A DNA stretch of 64,000 bases from an uncultured Bacilli bacterium (GCA_944359625.1 CALVSW010000003.1:42174-106173), one strand, 5' to 3'. Shown: positions 29,852 through 40,580, counted from the first letter of the stretch. Made by a program: numbers and translations. Notes: generated by a model not told the origin, from the sequence alone.

Positions 29852-30597
29852 TGTGGGAATTAGATTTTATATCTAGGGAAGATTTTAAAGAACACGTAGC
29901 AAATACTATAAAAACATATGATAATACATTAAAATCAATAGATTTAAAAACTTTTAATAGTAATATTATTGATCCTATTAAATTAACTTTTGATAGTAAA
30001 GTATATAGAAAAGATATAGAAGAAGTTATTGAAAACGAATTAGTAAGACAAAGAGATAAGACAAATACAAATGCGATTGGTTATTTTCATCAGAATCTAT
30101 TTAAATATATTAAAAATTGTGAAGTACCAGATGTAGGTTTTGATGTTATTTTTACTAGAAAAGATGGTTCAAAGGTATATGTAGAAATGAAAAATAAACA
30201 TAATACAATGAATTCTTCTGCTGCACAGAAAACATATTTAAAAATGACAATGCAACTTTTAGAAGAAGATTGTGATTGTTATTTAGTAGAAATAATTGCA
30301 AAGAAAAGTCAAAATATTATTTGGAGTATTTCTTTAGATTATCAAAAAACAACAAACGAACATATAAGACGTGTTTCTATAGATAAGTTTTATGAGGAAG
30401 TGACGGGTAATAAAAATGCTTTTTACTTAATTTGTAAAAACCTACCAAATATTATTGATGAGATAATCAGTGAGAATAAAGAACTATCTGTTGAAGAAGA
30501 TACAGTAATTAGTGAATTAAAACAAAATAATCCTGATATTTTAAAATCATTATATATGTTGGCATTTAGTACTTATGAAGGATTTAAAGAAGAATAG
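29851..30597 (+). CDS. Type II restriction endonuclease (Eco47II-family-like by recollection)
   Basis: The start overlaps the MTase stop (ATAATG). FISREDFKEHV..IDPIKLTFD..IGYFHQNLF..GFD-(13 aa)-VEMKNKHNTMN gives a PD-ExK-like D...E-x-K arrangement. Confidence 0.6.
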   Translation: MWELDFISREDFKEHVANTIKTYDNTLKSIDLKTFNSNIIDPIKLTFDSKVYRKDIEEVIENELVRQRDKTNTNAIGYFHQNLFKYIKNCEVPDVGFDVIFTRKDGSKVYVEMKNKHNTMNSSAAQKTYLKMTMQLLEEDCDCYLVEIIAKKSQNIIWSISLDYQKTTNEHIRRVSIDKFYEEVTGNKNAFYLICKNLPNIIDEIISENKELSVEEDTVISELKQNNPDILKSLYMLAFSTYEGFKEE

Positions 30598-30982
30598 AGT
30601 TATTACATTAAAGCAACCATGGGCTTCTTTAGTTGCTAATGGCTTAAAAATTTATGAATTTAGAAATATGAATTATTCGTATCGTGGCAAAATTTTTATC
30701 CATGCTGGAAAAGGTATAGATAAAGATGCTTTGGAAAGCGTTAAAGAATACAATTTAGAATATCCACAATCTAAAATATTAGCAGAAGTTGAAATTGTTG
30801 ATTGCTTAAAAATTGATGATAACTTTAATAAATTTATAAATGACATGAATTCTCCTGTATATGGTAACAAGCAAAGAACAGGATACGCTTGGAAATTGAA
30901 AAATATAAAAAAATTAAATTGTAACAACACTATTAATGGAAAACAAGGTATTTGGTATATTGATGATAAAGAAATAAAATAG
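30575..30982 (+). CDS. ASCH-domain (PUA-like fold) protein
   Basis: ITLKQPWASLVANGLKIYEFRN is a typical ASCH N-terminus. 135 aa, overlapping the REase 3' end by 23 nt. Confidence 0.65.
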   Translation: MKDLKKNRVITLKQPWASLVANGLKIYEFRNMNYSYRGKIFIHAGKGIDKDALESVKEYNLEYPQSKILAEVEIVDCLKIDDNFNKFINDMNSPVYGNKQRTGYAWKLKNIKKLNCNNTINGKQGIWYIDDKEIK

Positions 30983-30986
30983 ATGA

Positions 30987-32378
30987 TTAACGTTCATAAT
31001 TATCTTTTTCTTTGCTCAAATCTAAATCTTCAATATCTTCATCATCCAAAACATTATCTTCATACATTTCATTAACAACATCAATATATTTATCATCTTT
31101 ATCATACCAAGTATGAAGTTTGCTATGTAAGAAAGATATTAATTTATTAAATTTTTCTTTCCAATAATCAATGATATTTCTTAAATCATTAATCTTTGAT
31201 TTTAAAAATGATATTTCATTATCTTTTTCCTCAATAGTAGCGTTTAAGGTTTTAACTCTTAAATTAAGTGCCTCATTATTTTCAGTAAGAGTTTTAATTT
31301 TTTTTCTATTATCTTTTAATTCATCATTAACATTGTTAAGAGTTTTAGATAAAGTTTGTATTTTATCATACTCTTTATTTGTATTATCAACTTGTTTGAT
31401 AAAATCGATAAAAGAATCTTTATCTTCTTTTGATAATATATAATTATCTTTATTAATTTTAGATGTTTTAAGATTATTAATTTTATCTTTTATATCTTTA
31501 GAGTTTGTTTTTAATTCTGAAGATTTTTTATTTGCTACTTCTAAATTTTCAGTATTCTTTTCAAGTTGTTTTTTCATTTCAATATAATTGTCCATATCTT
31601 TAATATGTATATCTCTATTTCTTCCTTTTTGTTTTTTCTTTAAAGTAGAATCTAAATTATATTCTTGATTAAATTCTTCAATACATAAAGTTCTCATTTT
31701 ATCTTGTAATCTGATTAATGATTCTTTAGTGAATACATCGGATTTGCCAACTTGTTTTTCCATACCATTTTTATTTTTGTATTTAATTGGAACACCAACT
31801 ACATGCATATGTGGACTTGTTTCATCATAATGGATTATTGCTGAAGCAACTTTAAAATTCGGAACTAATAATTCTAAATCATCAACTTGTTTCTTATAAA
31901 CTTCTGACATTTTCTTTTTATAATTTTCATCTTTAGTATCCCAGTATTCTTTATCTCCAAGTTCAATAATAATTTCACAAGCAAGATCCTTTTTCTCATT
32001 ATTAGATACATTATCAAAATAATTATCTATCATACGACTAGGTCTAGATTGTTTTGAATTGTATTCTAATCTTGCTTCCTCAAATTCATCTAAATATAAT
32101 TTTTTAACATCTTCAAGTGGAGAAGAAGAACCTTTTACTATTTCAATTAGTTCTTGTTCATTATTATATTTTCTATAATTATGTTTATCTACTTTCGATA
32201 ATTGTCTAATATTTTGAATAGCATTATTACAATATGAAGTTGTTCCACTTAAATTATTTTTACCATTTCTTTTAGATATGTTTTTTCTATTTTGATCACT
32301 ACCTAAATGTAGTGAATAAGCAAGTTCTTCCATATATAAATCACCATCCTTTTTATAGGAGCATATTTTGTCATCCAA
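30987..32378 (-). CDS. mob: MobV-family relaxase (Pre/Mob plasmid recombination enzyme)
   Basis: IIHYDETSPHMHVVGVPI is the HxDE..PHxH motif of MobV relaxases, with a long coiled-coil C-terminus. An alternative start at 32333 has a better RBS. Confidence 0.85.
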   Translation of the reverse strand: MDDKICSYKKDGDLYMEELAYSLHLGSDQNRKNISKRNGKNNLSGTTSYCNNAIQNIRQLSKVDKHNYRKYNNEQELIEIVKGSSSPLEDVKKLYLDEFEEARLEYNSKQSRPSRMIDNYFDNVSNNEKKDLACEIIIELGDKEYWDTKDENYKKKMSEVYKKQVDDLELLVPNFKVASAIIHYDETSPHMHVVGVPIKYKNKNGMEKQVGKSDVFTKESLIRLQDKMRTLCIEEFNQEYNLDSTLKKKQKGRNRDIHIKDMDNYIEMKKQLEKNTENLEVANKKSSELKTNSKDIKDKINNLKTSKINKDNYILSKEDKDSFIDFIKQVDNTNKEYDKIQTLSKTLNNVNDELKDNRKKIKTLTENNEALNLRVKTLNATIEEKDNEISFLKSKINDLRNIIDYWKEKFNKLISFLHSKLHTWYDKDDKYIDVVNEMYEDNVLDDEDIEDLDLSKEKDNYER

Positions 32379-32397
32379 AATTACTAACCCCCTAGGA

Positions 32398-32451
32398 ATT
32401 TTGTACGCCTAGCATACAAAATATCCAGTGGTCTAAGGTTTAACACCTTAG
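32398..32451 (-). other. Candidate oriT: two hairpins immediately upstream of mob
   Basis: IR ATTTTGTA-N9-TACAAAAT (32398-32422) and IR CTAAGG-TTTAACA-CCTTAG (32433-32451). On the mob strand the second loop reads TGTTAAA, preceded by GG. Confidence 0.35.
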
Positions 32452-32467
32452 AATTCGTTTACTTTAT

Positions 32468-32555
32468 TTCGTAATAACCAAAACTTCGTAAATATTTAAA
32501 ACTTCATAAAGTATTAATTTTTAAATTGCTATCGCCACTTTCATTTACTTCGTAA
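32468..32555. repeat. Four spaced copies of (C)TTCGTAA(A) between oriT region and recombinase gene
   Basis: TTCGTAA at 32468, 32485 and 32549, and TTCATAA at 32503. Spacings are 17, 18 and 46 nt. An inverted-type variant TTCGTTTAC lies at about 32454. Confidence 0.5.
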
Positions 32556-32574
32556 ACAAAACGTGCCACGCATT

Positions 32575-34431
<1,857 letters not shown>

Positions 34432-34452
34432 TTATCAACTCCTTTTATCAAC

Positions 34453-34499
34453 AAAAAAGGGAGTCAAAAATACTAGTTCAAACTAATACCTTTGACTCC
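34453..34499 (-). terminator. Terminator-like hairpin in the leader of the recombinase gene
   Basis: On the minus strand: GGAGTCAAA, a 22-nt loop, TTTGACTCC, then CTTTTTTG. It lies 25-70 nt upstream of the recombinase ATG. Confidence 0.5.
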
Positions 34500-34601
34500 A
34501 CTTAATTTTATATTATATTTTTTATTAATTATGTACTTGACCATAGATGTACCTCGCTTTCTAATAAAAGACGGATACTGCTTGTCATTTATTGGTTTTA
34601 T

Positions 34602-34630
34602 ATAATATACTTTTAAACTTGATTTGTCAA
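34602..34630 (-). promoter_or_regulatory. Near-consensus sigma-A promoter (TTGACA-17-TATTAT) reading toward the recombinase
   Basis: The minus strand has TTGACA at 34630-34625 and TATTAT at 34607-34602, with a 17-nt spacer. Confidence 0.5.
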
Positions 34631-34650
34631 TCCTATCAATAGGTATTAAT

Positions 34651-34917
34651 TTATTTTATATAATTTTCTAATTCAGATAATTTAATCTTATTTGATAAAT
34701 TTTCTATAAATATTTCATTAGAATAGTTAAAAGCAAGAAAAGTAATATTATTAATAATAATTCTATGTGGCTCAATATAAGTTAAGTTCGTCTTGTCAAT
34801 TTTTCTAATACTACCATTAATAATAGTTGGTTGTACTTTAGCAAATTCGCATATAAATTCAATTTTCTTTTTTAGTGATTCTTCTAATGAAATTTCTTCT
34901 TTAATAATATTTACCAT
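34651..34917 (-). CDS. Hypothetical protein
   Basis: 88-aa ORF with RBS AAAGGATGG. No motif. Confidence 0.4.
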   Translation of the reverse strand: MVNIIKEEISLEESLKKKIEFICEFAKVQPTIINGSIRKIDKTNLTYIEPHRIIINNITFLAFNYSNEIFIENLSNKIKLSELENYIK

Positions 34918-34966
34918 AGTTCCATCCTTTCTTTATAAAGTAGAATAGTTTTCTAAACGAAAAAAA

Positions 34967-35016
34967 ACTAATCCATTTCTAGATTAGTTATTTATCAAAA
35001 CTCGAAAAGTTCGAGC
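34967..35016 (-). terminator. Two tandem terminator hairpins downstream of tRNA-Gly
   Basis: CTCGAA-AAGT-TTCGAG (35000-35016) followed by TTTTG on the minus strand, and AACTAATC...GATTAGTT (34967-34990) followed by T8 on the minus strand. Confidence 0.65.
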
Positions 35017-35027
35017 AGATTTCACTA

Positions 35028-35101
35028 TGGAGCAGGCAAGGGGAATCGGACCCCCATCCTAAGCTTGGGAAGCTTATGTTCTACCACTAAACTATGCCTG
35101 C
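35028..35101 (-). tRNA. tRNA-Gly (anticodon CCC), CCA encoded, atypical T-loop
   Basis: The reverse complement GCAGGCATAGTTTAGTGGTAGAACATAAGCTTCCCAAGCTTAGGATGGGGGTCCGATTCCCCTTGCCTGCTCCA folds as a 74-nt cloverleaf with anticodon loop TTCCCAA. The T-loop reads TCCGATT (C at position 55). Confidence 0.85.
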
Positions 35102-35173
35102 ATATAAGAATTATAACATATTTAATAAATAATAAATAGCATTTTTATTTCATATAATTAGTTGGGTGTTATA

Positions 35174-37678
35174 ATGAACGGATTAACTACAAAAGAAGTT
35201 ATAGAAAGCCGTAATAAATATGGAAGTAATACTTTAACTAAAATAAAAAGAAAATCTTTTTTAAAATTAGTTTTAATATCACTTAGTGATCCAATTATTA
35301 AAATTCTTTTAATAGTATTATCTATTAAGTTTATTTTTTTATTTAAAGATTTTGATTGGTATGAAACAATAGGTATTTTAATAGCAGTAGTGTTAGCTTC
35401 ATTAATTAGTGCTTTATCTGAATATGGAAGTGAAGAAGCATTTAAAACGTTAGAAGAAGAGTCTAGTAAACAATTAGTTAATGTTTTAAGAAATGGTAAA
35501 ATAACTACTATTTCTTCTACTGATATAGTAGTAGGTGATGTAGTTTTATTAAATAGTGGTGAACGTATTCCAGCCGATGGTTATATTATAAGTGGAAATT
35601 TAACAGTTAATGAATCAAGTATTAATGGAGAATCTAAAGAAAAACATAAAAAAGAAGGTGAATTTCTTTATTCTTCAACAATAATTTATGATGGCGAAGC
35701 TAGGATGTTAGTTAAAAAAGTAGGTGATAATACTTTAATAGGAGGCTTAGCAAAGGATATCCAAGAGGATGATGAAATAAGTCCTTTAAAAAAGCGTTTA
35801 TCTAAATTAGCTAAAATTATATCTTTATTTGGTTATGTAGGTGCTGTATTAGTAGCTATTATATATTTAGTAACAACAAATGATTATAGCTTTGATAATA
35901 TTTTATATACTTTAACTTTAAGTATAACTGTTTTAGTAGTAACTGTACCTGAAGGTTTACCATTAATGATATCTTTAGTGCTATCATCTAATATGAAAAA
36001 AATGGTTAAAGATAATGTATTAGTAAGAAAATTAATAGGTATTGAAACTAGTGGAAATATAAATTGTTTATTAACTGATAAAACTGGTACAATTACAGAA
36101 GGAAAACTACATGTTACTTCATATGTTAGTCCAAATAATAAATCCTATACTTCAATTAATAAAGTACCCATAGGATTAAAAGAAAATTTACTAAATAATT
36201 TATATTATAATAATTCTAGTTCTTTTAATGATAATAATTTACCTATTGGAGGTAATCAAACAGATAAATGTATTTTAGAATTTGTAGAAAAGAAATTAAG
36301 AACTCATAAAATTATTGAAAAAGAATTATTTAATAGTAATAAAAAATATAGTTCGGTTTTATTAGATAATAATATAAAATATTATAAAGGTGCTAAAGAA
36401 GTTCTTTTAGATAAATGTATTTATTATTTAAATGAAAATGGTGAAAAAAAGATTATTTATAATAAAGATAAGATTACTAAAGAAATGGATGCAGTAGCTA
36501 GTATGGGTTCTAGAATAATATTTTTAGCTTTAAATGATAAAAGTGATAGTAATAGTTTAATATATATGGGATATCTTGTTATAAAAGATACAATTCGTTC
36601 TACCGCAGCATCATCAATTGATATTTTACATAAATCAGGAATAAATGTCATAATGATAACTGGAGATAATATTAATACTGCTACTGCTATTGCTAAGGAA
36701 GCTAGAATAGTTCAAAGTAAGGAAGATATTGTACTAGATTCTAAAGGATTTAATAATCTAAGTGATGAAGAAGTAATTAGTATTTATCCTCGCCTAAAAG
36801 TAATAGCGCGAGCTTTACCACAAGATAAAAAAAGATTAGTAACAATTTTACAGAAAGAAAATTTAATTGTTGGAATGACTGGCGATGGGATGAATGATGC
36901 TAGTGCTTTAAAAAAAGCAAATGTTGGTTTTGCTATGGGAAGTGGGACTTCAGTTGCTAAAGAAGCTAGTGATATAGTAATTTTAGATGATAATATTAAA
37001 TCGATAACCAAAGCTATATTATATGGGCGAACAATATTTAAAAATATTAGAAAATTTATAATTTTTCAATTAACAGTAAATATATGTGCAATGTTTATGG
37101 CAATTATTGGTCCTTTAATTGGTGTAGCAACTCCGGTAACCGTTATTCAAATGCTATGGATAAATATGATTATGGATACTTTAGCAGGAATAGCTTTTTC
37201 TCATGAACCAGCATTAAAAGAATATATGTTAGAGTCTCCTAAAAATGAAAATACTCCAATTATAAATAAATATATGTATCAAGAAATATTTGTTGCCGGT
37301 ATTTATTCTTCAATATTAGGTTTATTTTTTCTTAAATCACCTTTAATTAGTAATATAATACGGTATTCTCCCGATAATCGTTATTTATATACAGCATATT
37401 TTTCTTTATTTGTATTTATGGGAATAATTAATGCTTTTAACTCTCGTACTATTAGATTAAATGTATTTGCTAATTTATGGCGCAATAAACATTTTATAGT
37501 AATTTTTTCTTTAATAATTATTATTCAATTATATTTGATTTATTATGGTGGTTCATTATTTAGAACTTATGGATTAACACTTAAAGAATTGTTATTTACT
37601 ATTAGTTTATCTTTAACGATAATACCAATAGATTTTATTAGAAAAAGATTGACTAAAAATAGAGCAGATAAAATTTAG
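35174..37678 (+). CDS. P-type Ca2+-transporting ATPase (PMCA/YloB-like)
   Basis: DKTGTITEG phosphorylation site, TGES-like region, MITGDN, GDGMNDASALKKA and 10 TM segments. Confidence 0.92.
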   Translation: MNGLTTKEVIESRNKYGSNTLTKIKRKSFLKLVLISLSDPIIKILLIVLSIKFIFLFKDFDWYETIGILIAVVLASLISALSEYGSEEAFKTLEEESSKQLVNVLRNGKITTISSTDIVVGDVVLLNSGERIPADGYIISGNLTVNESSINGESKEKHKKEGEFLYSSTIIYDGEARMLVKKVGDNTLIGGLAKDIQEDDEISPLKKRLSKLAKIISLFGYVGAVLVAIIYLVTTNDYSFDNILYTLTLSITVLVVTVPEGLPLMISLVLSSNMKKMVKDNVLVRKLIGIETSGNINCLLTDKTGTITEGKLHVTSYVSPNNKSYTSINKVPIGLKENLLNNLYYNNSSSFNDNNLPIGGNQTDKCILEFVEKKLRTHKIIEKELFNSNKKYSSVLLDNNIKYYKGAKEVLLDKCIYYLNENGEKKIIYNKDKITKEMDAVASMGSRIIFLALNDKSDSNSLIYMGYLVIKDTIRSTAASSIDILHKSGINVIMITGDNINTATAIAKEARIVQSKEDIVLDSKGFNNLSDEEVISIYPRLKVIARALPQDKKRLVTILQKENLIVGMTGDGMNDASALKKANVGFAMGSGTSVAKEASDIVILDDNIKSITKAILYGRTIFKNIRKFIIFQLTVNICAMFMAIIGPLIGVATPVTVIQMLWINMIMDTLAGIAFSHEPALKEYMLESPKNENTPIINKYMYQEIFVAGIYSSILGLFFLKSPLISNIIRYSPDNRYLYTAYFSLFVFMGIINAFNSRTIRLNVFANLWRNKHFIVIFSLIIIIQLYLIYYGGSLFRTYGLTLKELLFTISLSLTIIPIDFIRKRLTKNRADKI

Positions 37679-37743
37679 CTAGATTAATTATACTAGCTTT
37701 TTTTTATAAATAAAATATGTTATTATTTTAATAGGATAGTGAT

Positions 37744-38472
37744 ATGATGAAGAAAAATTCTGGTTTTGTTTTTATAGAAACAGTTATGGTAACAGTTGTA
37801 CTTTCTATAGTATTAATTGCTTGTTTAGTAGCATTTAACAAATTATTAGCAGAAGAAAAAAGAAGATTAATGTATGATGATACGTCATATATTTATACTA
37901 CTTATCATATAGAAAATTTTATTGTATCTCTAAATATAGAAAAATATATAAAAGAGTATATGTTGCAAGAAGATTCTAAAACTGAATATAAAAGGAAGAT
38001 AGTAGAATTTAATTGTAGTGATCGTACCTTATATGATTTAGTAAATAATGGCGAGATTGATCCTAAAGAAGAGCAAAAAATGAATTTTTGTACTAATGTT
38101 ATAAATTCTGATGCTTTGAATATTAAACATATTTATATTACAACATATGATGTTAATTCAATAAAAGATTGTCTTGATGATAATGGTAATGTTGTTTGTG
38201 ATACAGCTGATATGGAAGTTTTAGATAACTTAAGTATTAATGCTATATATTATTTACGTACTTTATATGGCTCTAATAAAGATCCAGATAATCCCGACTA
38301 TCGAGTAATAGTAGAGTATGAAGAAGAAGTTAATAATTGTAAAGTAACTAAAAATCCAGTTAATGGCTCTTGTCCATCAAATTATAATATGGTTAATTCA
38401 AAATGTTGTAAAAAAGATTTAAAAAACTATTATAGTAATATAAAACTAGTAATAAGAGGTACTTATTTATGA
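37744..38472 (+). CDS. Prepilin-type N-terminal cleavage/methylation domain protein (minor pseudopilin-like)
   Basis: KKNSG/FVFIETVMVTVVLSIV has G at -1, E at +5 and a hydrophobic helix. The C-terminal domain is Cys-rich. Confidence 0.6.
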   Translation: MMKKNSGFVFIETVMVTVVLSIVLIACLVAFNKLLAEEKRRLMYDDTSYIYTTYHIENFIVSLNIEKYIKEYMLQEDSKTEYKRKIVEFNCSDRTLYDLVNNGEIDPKEEQKMNFCTNVINSDALNIKHIYITTYDVNSIKDCLDDNGNVVCDTADMEVLDNLSINAIYYLRTLYGSNKDPDNPDYRVIVEYEEEVNNCKVTKNPVNGSCPSNYNMVNSKCCKKDLKNYYSNIKLVIRGTYL

Positions 38473-39056
38473 AATTAAATAGTAAAGGTATGACCTTAAC
38501 AGAAGTAATAGCAGCTTTAATAATTTTATCTATAGTTATGATATTTTTATTTAATATATTATCTGATTTACGTTACGAAGATTATTTAAGTTTAAGTCGT
38601 AATGAAGATTCTATTAATAGAGCTAATTTAATTAATATTATAGAAAATGATTTTATTAGTAAGGATTTATATAGAGTTAGTTCTTGTGAAGATGGTAATA
38701 ATATTTGCTTACTTTTAGACTTTAAAAAATCAAATCAAAAAAAATTAATAGTAGCAGAAACATTTGTTGCATATGGTTCTGAAAATGCGTTAGAAAAATG
38801 GGATTTACAAAATGGAAAATATGATTTACAAGGTTTTTCTTATTGTTTAAAAACTTCTAGTTATGATGAAAACTTATCTGATTTAACTAATATGCAATAT
38901 AGTGAATACTTTTTTTTAAGAATAAAAGTACCTGTAATTGATATTATAGATAATGGTCGTAAAGCAGATTTAGATTTAACTTATATGAATAAATCAATTA
39001 ATCATCAATTTCCTTATTCCATTAGTGTTCGTGGTAGTACTTATACTTGTGTCTAA
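38469..39056 (+). CDS. Prepilin-type N-terminal cleavage/methylation domain protein (minor pseudopilin-like)
   Basis: NSKG/MTLTEVIAALIILSIV has the class III signal peptide pattern. It overlaps the upstream gene by 4 nt. Confidence 0.65.
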   Translation: MKLNSKGMTLTEVIAALIILSIVMIFLFNILSDLRYEDYLSLSRNEDSINRANLINIIENDFISKDLYRVSSCEDGNNICLLLDFKKSNQKKLIVAETFVAYGSENALEKWDLQNGKYDLQGFSYCLKTSSYDENLSDLTNMQYSEYFFLRIKVPVIDIIDNGRKADLDLTYMNKSINHQFPYSISVRGSTYTCV

Positions 39057-40580
39057 TTATTTCATATAATTTATTTTAATTTGTTTTTTATAATTTCTAA
39101 CTATTTCTTTAACAAAGATAGATTCTTTTTCCTTATTAACAAGTAAAATACAATAATTTTTAGTTCTTGTTAAACCTACATAAAATAATCTTCTTTCTTC
39201 TCCAAAAGGATAACTTTCTTTAACATTATTTACATATTTTAACATCATATTAGTTTTAATTTTACTTGGTAATCCACATATATCATTTTCTAAGTTAATT
39301 ATAAATACATTATTACTTTCTAATCCTTTAGAACGATGGATAGTTAAATATTTAATATCAATATTTTCAAAATTTTTAATAATTATTTTATTATTTTTAA
39401 ATGTTATCTCATTATTTAATATTAAATTAATATCTTTATTATTTCTTCCTAGTACTAAGAAATCATTTCCATAAAGATTAAATAATTTTATAATTATTTT
39501 CTTAAAATCATTTTGAATATTTTTATAATATATTATCTGTATTGGATACTTTAAAGATTTAAAAGAATTTAAGTCTTTTTTTATTTGCAATTTATTTTTC
39601 ATAATAAAATCACCAGCTATTTTAATTAACTCTTTACTATTTCTATAGGTAGTATTTATTTTAAGAATTTTAGCATCATTAAAATATATTTTAAAATTAA
39701 CAAACAAATCTAAGTTGCATCCAGAAAAGCGATAAATTGATTGAAAATCATCGCCAACAACCATTAATTTAGCATTAGTTTTATTTAAGATAGCTTCTAT
39801 TAACTGGAATCTTATTAAAGAAGAATCTTGATATTCATCTATTATTATATACTTATATGGTAAATTTATTTTCCTTTTAATAATAATTTCTTTTGCTTTA
39901 ATAATTAAATCATCAAAGTCCAATTCATTATTATCAATAAGAAATTGTCGATATTTTAAGTAAATATTTAAAGTAATTAATAAAAAAGCTTTTCTTTTTT
40001 TAGAAGTAAAAATATGGTACTTAGTATTTTTTAAATAAGTATAAAAGTTATTAAAAGAATAGTTATTACATTTAAAAAGGCGAATAAAAGTACTGATTAA
40101 TTCGATAATTTTTTCAATTTTATTACTATTATTATTTATATAAAAAATATATTCTTTAGTATTTTTAAATTTTGCATTTAATATAATTCCTATATATTCT
40201 ATTTGTTTTAAATTATAAGTTATATCTATAAATAAATATTCATAAATACACCTATTTAAAGTTTCATTATCAGTAATATTAAAATTTATATTCTCTTTTC
40301 TTAATATTTCTATACTTAATTTATGAAAAGTAAAAGTATCAATATTTAGATTAAATTCTTTAGTAATTTTTTGCTTTAAACTTAAAGCAGCATCTCTTGT
40401 ATATGATATACATAATATTTCTTCTTTTTTATATTTTTTATTATTAATTAAATAATTAATTTTTCCAAGAATAGTAAGGGTTTTACCGGCTCCAGCTCCA
40501 GCAACTACCAGTAAATGATTAGATTCATCAAGAACTATTGCTGTTTGTTCTTTATCTAGTTCATATCCGTTTATGAGCAT
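39057..40580 (-). CDS. UvrD/PcrA-like superfamily 1 helicase
   Basis: Walker A VVAGAGAGKT, IIIDEYQDS, VGDDFQSIYRFSG, TIHRSKGLE and YVGLTRTK. Confidence 0.85.
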   Translation of the reverse strand: MLINGYELDKEQTAIVLDESNHLLVVAGAGAGKTLTILGKINYLINNKKYKKEEILCISYTRDAALSLKQKITKEFNLNIDTFTFHKLSIEILRKENINFNITDNETLNRCIYEYLFIDITYNLKQIEYIGIILNAKFKNTKEYIFYINNNSNKIEKIIELISTFIRLFKCNNYSFNNFYTYLKNTKYHIFTSKKRKAFLLITLNIYLKYRQFLIDNNELDFDDLIIKAKEIIIKRKINLPYKYIIIDEYQDSSLIRFQLIEAILNKTNAKLMVVGDDFQSIYRFSGCNLDLFVNFKIYFNDAKILKINTTYRNSKELIKIAGDFIMKNKLQIKKDLNSFKSLKYPIQIIYYKNIQNDFKKIIIKLFNLYGNDFLVLGRNNKDINLILNNEITFKNNKIIIKNFENIDIKYLTIHRSKGLESNNVFIINLENDICGLPSKIKTNMMLKYVNNVKESYPFGEERRLFYVGLTRTKNYCILLVNKEKESIFVKEIVRNYKKQIKINYMK

